From: Paramoeba atlantica
Lineage: Eukaryota; Protista; Discosea
Assembly (NCBI GenBank): GCA_977017575.1
Contig: CDRNVI010000044.1
Span: 744,001 to 808,000, forward strand
DNA length: 64,000 nt
Direction of reading: 5' to 3'
This document shows positions 60,762 to 64,000 of the stretch, piece by piece (the stretch's first letter is position 1; each line of letters starts with the position of its first letter). A program made the translations under genes and the position numbers. The notes below the pieces were generated by a model that saw only the letters and a program-made list of their open reading frames with translations, was not told the DNA's origin and did not search any database.

Positions 60762-62327
60762 TTAATTTTGTGATTGTTTTTTCCGAGTCCCTAACCATCC
60801 TACGACGCTTTGCGCAATGCTAGACGCAGCAGTTTGTTGCTTTTGTTCTTGCATGGCATGTTCACCGTACGTATCCTTACGGTGTCGTTGATGCTGAAAT
60901 TGTTTCTTGAACAAAAGCCGTCGAGCGTCTTCTGTTTCCATGGATGTCTCTAAATTTTGCTTTATGGAAGGTCTTGGGGCATCTTCCAAGAGATGCTTCA
61001 ACGCGAACTCGGGGTCGTTCGCTTCGGAGCACAGCACGTGTGCTGCCAGTGAGAAGCTGTCTCGAATAAATTTGAGTCGCGTTGCATCAACAACTCGCGC
61101 AATGTTCTCTGAACCGTACGGATCTTTCATTGCAAATGAGTAATACGGAGGCTTTCCGTTTTCCCCTTCGAGTTCCGTGGTCCAATGAAGAGAAGATTTA
61201 GACATATCCTTCGTCGTGCAGCACACCACACTGTTATCGTAATCAAAACTGTGAGCAAAGTAGCAAATAAAGTGCACAAACAGGTATCCTACATCAGTTG
61301 GATCAGGGCTGTCTGCGCGCAACGACACGTATTCCGGATCCTTCGGTAGCAGCTGTGGTTCCGTCATTAACTCTTCTGGATTCAGTGGTGCTATTCTGTC
61401 ACACTGCACCAAAAAGTGGGCTAGCATGCTAGTGTACGCATAGGACGCCAAATACCCATCCAATGAGTTTATCGTCCTGCAACCTTTTCCCCATTTCTTC
61501 AGCGCTAACAATAGATGTCTGGCTCCCGGATAGGCCATCAACGCGCGACGCATCAAAAATGTATTTTGCAATCCCATAGAGCCGAAACACAGGTCAAAGG
61601 GGTAGCGATACAGCTCGGGGGCGTTTCTCGCATCCAGCGGCGCACGCACTGGAATCTCCACATCCCCGTGTCTGCGAATACTCGTCATCGCGTGCACAGC
61701 GTCCTCGGTGTTGTGAAACTGTACTGCCACACACTGGTGGTCCGCTCGCCACGTTTGTCGCAGCCGGACACCGTAACGAGATTCTAACCGAGACCAGAAT
61801 GAGTCACGTTCCTCGGAGCTTAGCGGGCGGGCGAAGGGAAACGACACTGTCGCACTCTCCGGTGTCACGGGAGTCCCGGGGAGCCACACGGAAGTGCGAT
61901 CACAGCGCACCACGGGAACTTTTGCTCTGGGAATCGCCATCGAGCGCAGTCCCAGCCGTCGCATCTCCTTGGACACACGCTGTGCAATCGCCGCCGCCTC
62001 CTCATGTCGAGGCTCGACGTCGCCGAGCCCGACAAAGTCTAAATCCCCGCTGACTTCGAAGAATCCCAGGGAGACGAGACCCCCAAAGAACAGGACATCA
62101 AGCTCGTACCCCATGCTGCGGAGTATTTGCTCCAGCTGTCGTCGTGCAATGAGACACTCCGCGTAGGTGCCCTCCCCTGCGTCGCATACTTTGGACTCAT
62201 TCAGAATAGCCGTCCCGAGCGCTTTGTAGTACGGACTCCCGCGATCGTGAAGGGTGGGAATTTTCTGTTTTAAGGTAGATTCCCATGGCAGAGCGGAGTG
62301 GCGTAAAAGTCGAAAGCAGCGCCTCAT
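60762..62327 (-). CDS. KPAP1: Kinetoplast (mitochondrial) poly(A) polymerase
   Basis: FGGLVSLGFFEVSGDLDF nucleotidyltransferase motif, KVPVV, PFDLCF, LKKWG, LASYAYT and FAMKDPYG; 521 aa, colinear with trypanosomatid KPAP1 as I recall it. Confidence 0.85.
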   Translation of the reverse strand: MRRCFRLLRHSALPWESTLKQKIPTLHDRGSPYYKALGTAILNESKVCDAGEGTYAECLIARRQLEQILRSMGYELDVLFFGGLVSLGFFEVSGDLDFVGLGDVEPRHEEAAAIAQRVSKEMRRLGLRSMAIPRAKVPVVRCDRTSVWLPGTPVTPESATVSFPFARPLSSEERDSFWSRLESRYGVRLRQTWRADHQCVAVQFHNTEDAVHAMTSIRRHGDVEIPVRAPLDARNAPELYRYPFDLCFGSMGLQNTFLMRRALMAYPGARHLLLALKKWGKGCRTINSLDGYLASYAYTSMLAHFLVQCDRIAPLNPEELMTEPQLLPKDPEYVSLRADSPDPTDVGYLFVHFICYFAHSFDYDNSVVCCTTKDMSKSSLHWTTELEGENGKPPYYSFAMKDPYGSENIARVVDATRLKFIRDSFSLAAHVLCSEANDPEFALKHLLEDAPRPSIKQNLETSMETEDARRLLFKKQFQHQRHRKDTYGEHAMQEQKQQTAASSIAQSVVGWLGTRKKQSQN

Positions 62328-62681
62328 GTCATGTGAAGTTAAGGGTAAAAAGAAGAAGTAGGTTTATATAAGTTGGAAAGTTAAATCGAACACGCGCTAT
62401 GTCTTCCTATTCAATTCTTTGCGATATTATGAAGTCTGTATCCTTCGTAAAGCTTTTACATAGAATGTAAAACCATACTCACGTCTTGTTATTCCTGTCT
62501 TAGCAGTGGAATCCAAGGGGACGAATTACGAGCGTCAAGCAAGCATCGCTTAAATTCAATCGCTGAAAACATCTAAAAACGTGAATCCTCTGGATTGTGA
62601 ACCGGAATACTACAATTTCTCCTCATGATACGAGTACTACTTAAGAGTACTGCGCAAAAGCATAAATTTGTGCCGAATAGT

Positions 62682-64000
62682 TCAGGCAGGAAGATTTTCT
62701 AATGCTCTCCGTTGCAGATCTTCCAGCTCTTCCGATTGAGAAACCAGTGTGTCTAAGCTGGTCAACTGGTTCCCTAGTATTTCCTTCAGCATAGAGCCCG
62801 AAGGCTCACACGAAGCTGATAGTTTTTCGATCGTCGTGGACGGGCGCGCCGCGCTTAGAGATTGGAGTGCATCATAAACTCGGTTATCCAAATATTCAAC
62901 CTTACTTGCAATGAGATCAATGTCGTCATAGAGCTGTAAGCGGCGCCGAGTGTTTTCTAAACCTACCTTTTGCTGGAAAGATTGATTATGACTCATGGCT
63001 TCCACCTCTGATTTGACCGTAAGCCCAGATCCATCAGTACCCTCCTGTACTCCAGCTTCAGCGAGCATTGCGCCGTACGGTTGTTTGATTTCTTCAGTCA
63101 ATCGGCTTGTTTCGCCCTCTAATTTCTCCTCCAATTTCTCCAATAGCCCGATCTCATCCACCAAATTCACTTGTCTGTCGTGTAGACTTTTTATGACTTC
63201 CTGTACATTAAGTAAAGTATCTCCCTTCGAAACAATGTATTGATCCCATTGCTGCACAATCTTACACCAATTCTGGAACTGTTCCGTATCAGCTGAGAAG
63301 TTGGTATCCCAGTCGGTCAAAATTTGTCCCAGAGTGCGTCCTTGTAACCGATCATCTAACAAACTTGTATCCGATCTGGTACTCTTCACTGCGGTGCTGG
63401 GCGCTGACGGCGTAGTACTGAGTGTTGTCCCGGCGCCCCCAAAGCCGAAACCGCCTGACAGAGCTTTCGGCGGATCCGTAGAGCTTCCCGTAGACCCTAT
63501 TCCTGGTTTGTGTGCCGTGCCTTCCGATCCGACAGTTTTCGTCACATTCATGGAGGTACTTGGAAACGTACCAGTCCCCGAGGAAGTGGTTGAGCTGCCT
63601 AACAAACTAGTCGCACCAGTGGACTTAGCAGAATCACTCGTTAGGGGCGGTGGTTGTGGTATACTCGGAGCACTGACCGATGCACCAGGAAAAGTAGGCA
63701 TCGCCGGGACAGAAGCTGTAGCACTTGGTGCCATGGCGAACGTACTGGTCACGGCAGGAGTCGTCGTTGACGCAGCGGGCTGTGCCCCGAATGGATTCGC
63801 ATTTGTCACACTTGAAGTAGGCTTGTTGGTGTCCTGTGGGGTAAAACCGAAGGCATTCTTCGCCGCACCCGCAGATTGGATCTCTGATTTGCCGGCAATC
63901 GTCCCGATCTGGGACGGTTGCGATGCCCCCCACGCGGGCTTGTCAGCTGAAGCACTATTTGTACCAGCGGGCGAGGAACCAAGTGTCCAGGAGACCCCAC
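62682..64000 (-). CDS. NUP62: Nucleoporin Nup62/Nsp1 (5' end outside the window)
   Basis: Nsp1_C coiled coil LQGRTLGQILTDW...FQNWCKIVQQWDQYIV preceded by an S/T/A-rich FG region. The frame stays open to the window edge. Confidence 0.85.
   Translation of the reverse strand, partial: GVSWTLGSSPAGTNSASADKPAWGASQPSQIGTIAGKSEIQSAGAAKNAFGFTPQDTNKPTSSVTNANPFGAQPAASTTTPAVTSTFAMAPSATASVPAMPTFPGASVSAPSIPQPPPLTSDSAKSTGATSLLGSSTTSSGTGTFPSTSMNVTKTVGSEGTAHKPGIGSTGSSTDPPKALSGGFGFGGAGTTLSTTPSAPSTAVKSTRSDTSLLDDRLQGRTLGQILTDWDTNFSADTEQFQNWCKIVQQWDQYIVSKGDTLLNVQEVIKSLHDRQVNLVDEIGLLEKLEEKLEGETSRLTEEIKQPYGAMLAEAGVQEGTDGSGLTVKSEVEAMSHNQSFQQKVGLENTRRRLQLYDDIDLIASKVEYLDNRVYDALQSLSAARPSTTIEKLSASCEPSGSMLKEILGNQLTSLDTLVSQSEELEDLQRRALENLPA

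Larger units (their letters stand above)
1329..64000 (-). other. Unidirectional, intronless gene cluster (kinetoplastid-type polycistronic transcription unit)
   Basis: All recognisable eukaryotic CDSs from 1.3 kb to the window end are on the minus strand and are uninterrupted ORFs. Several have pyrimidine tracts upstream on the coding strand (e.g. reverse complement of 6745-6780 and 19700-19745). KPAP1 and SL fragments indicate Kinetoplastea. Confidence 0.85.

Noticed and set aside
61600-62300. Fourth skew-switch island in KPAP1
   Set aside because: GC is elevated, but no clear C-run to G-run flip is visible by eye; it needs computation.
1-64000. tRNA, 5S/rRNA or U snRNA genes
   Set aside because: No cloverleaf with a proper T-loop and no 5S or U2/U6 signature was found by eye. 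A TTCTCGGC match to the U2 5' end at about 42218 does not extend. A tRNAscan/Infernal run would be needed to exclude them fully.
1-64000. Prokaryotic operon or prophage explanation for the single-strand gene array
   Set aside because: The genes are eukaryote-specific (Nup62, RanBP1, Rft1, Pex7, Mrd1, KPAP1) and there are no phage or bacterial hallmark genes.

Overview
Eukaryotic, intron-free window in which essentially every recognisable gene (about 30) lies on the minus strand. This looks like one kinetoplastid-style polycistronic unit. A KPAP1 orthologue, kinetoplastid-like mitochondrial proteins and spliced-leader (SL) sequence point to a kinetoplastid, and the extreme divergence suggests an early-branching, Perkinsela-like lineage (inference, not verified). 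Housekeeping genes occupy 1-34.5 kb and 50-64 kb: CLP1, EDC4-like, WDR82, RanBP1, RFT1, PEX7, tRNA-splicing subunits, NOP9, COX19, DDX51-like, PDH-E1a, mt EF-G, HDAC, MRD1, KPAP1 and NUP62. A gene-poor island of about 15 kb (34.6-49.6 kb) is packed with decayed pogo/Tc1-mariner DNA transposons with TA-flanked TIRs, a foldback element, an 83-bp satellite and other repeats. The most striking signals are as follows. (1) A dispersed, highly structured ~0.5 kb element family that begins with the 3' part of the SL exon plus its GT donor (three copies, two subfamilies, compensatory base changes), alongside a CRE/SLACS-type retrotransposon relic. (2) DNA-transposon relics, in a lineage generally described as carrying almost only retroelements. 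(3) Three GC-rich islands in which strand skew flips from C-rich to G-rich, overriding coding sequence. All calls are by eye from motifs; no database search was run.
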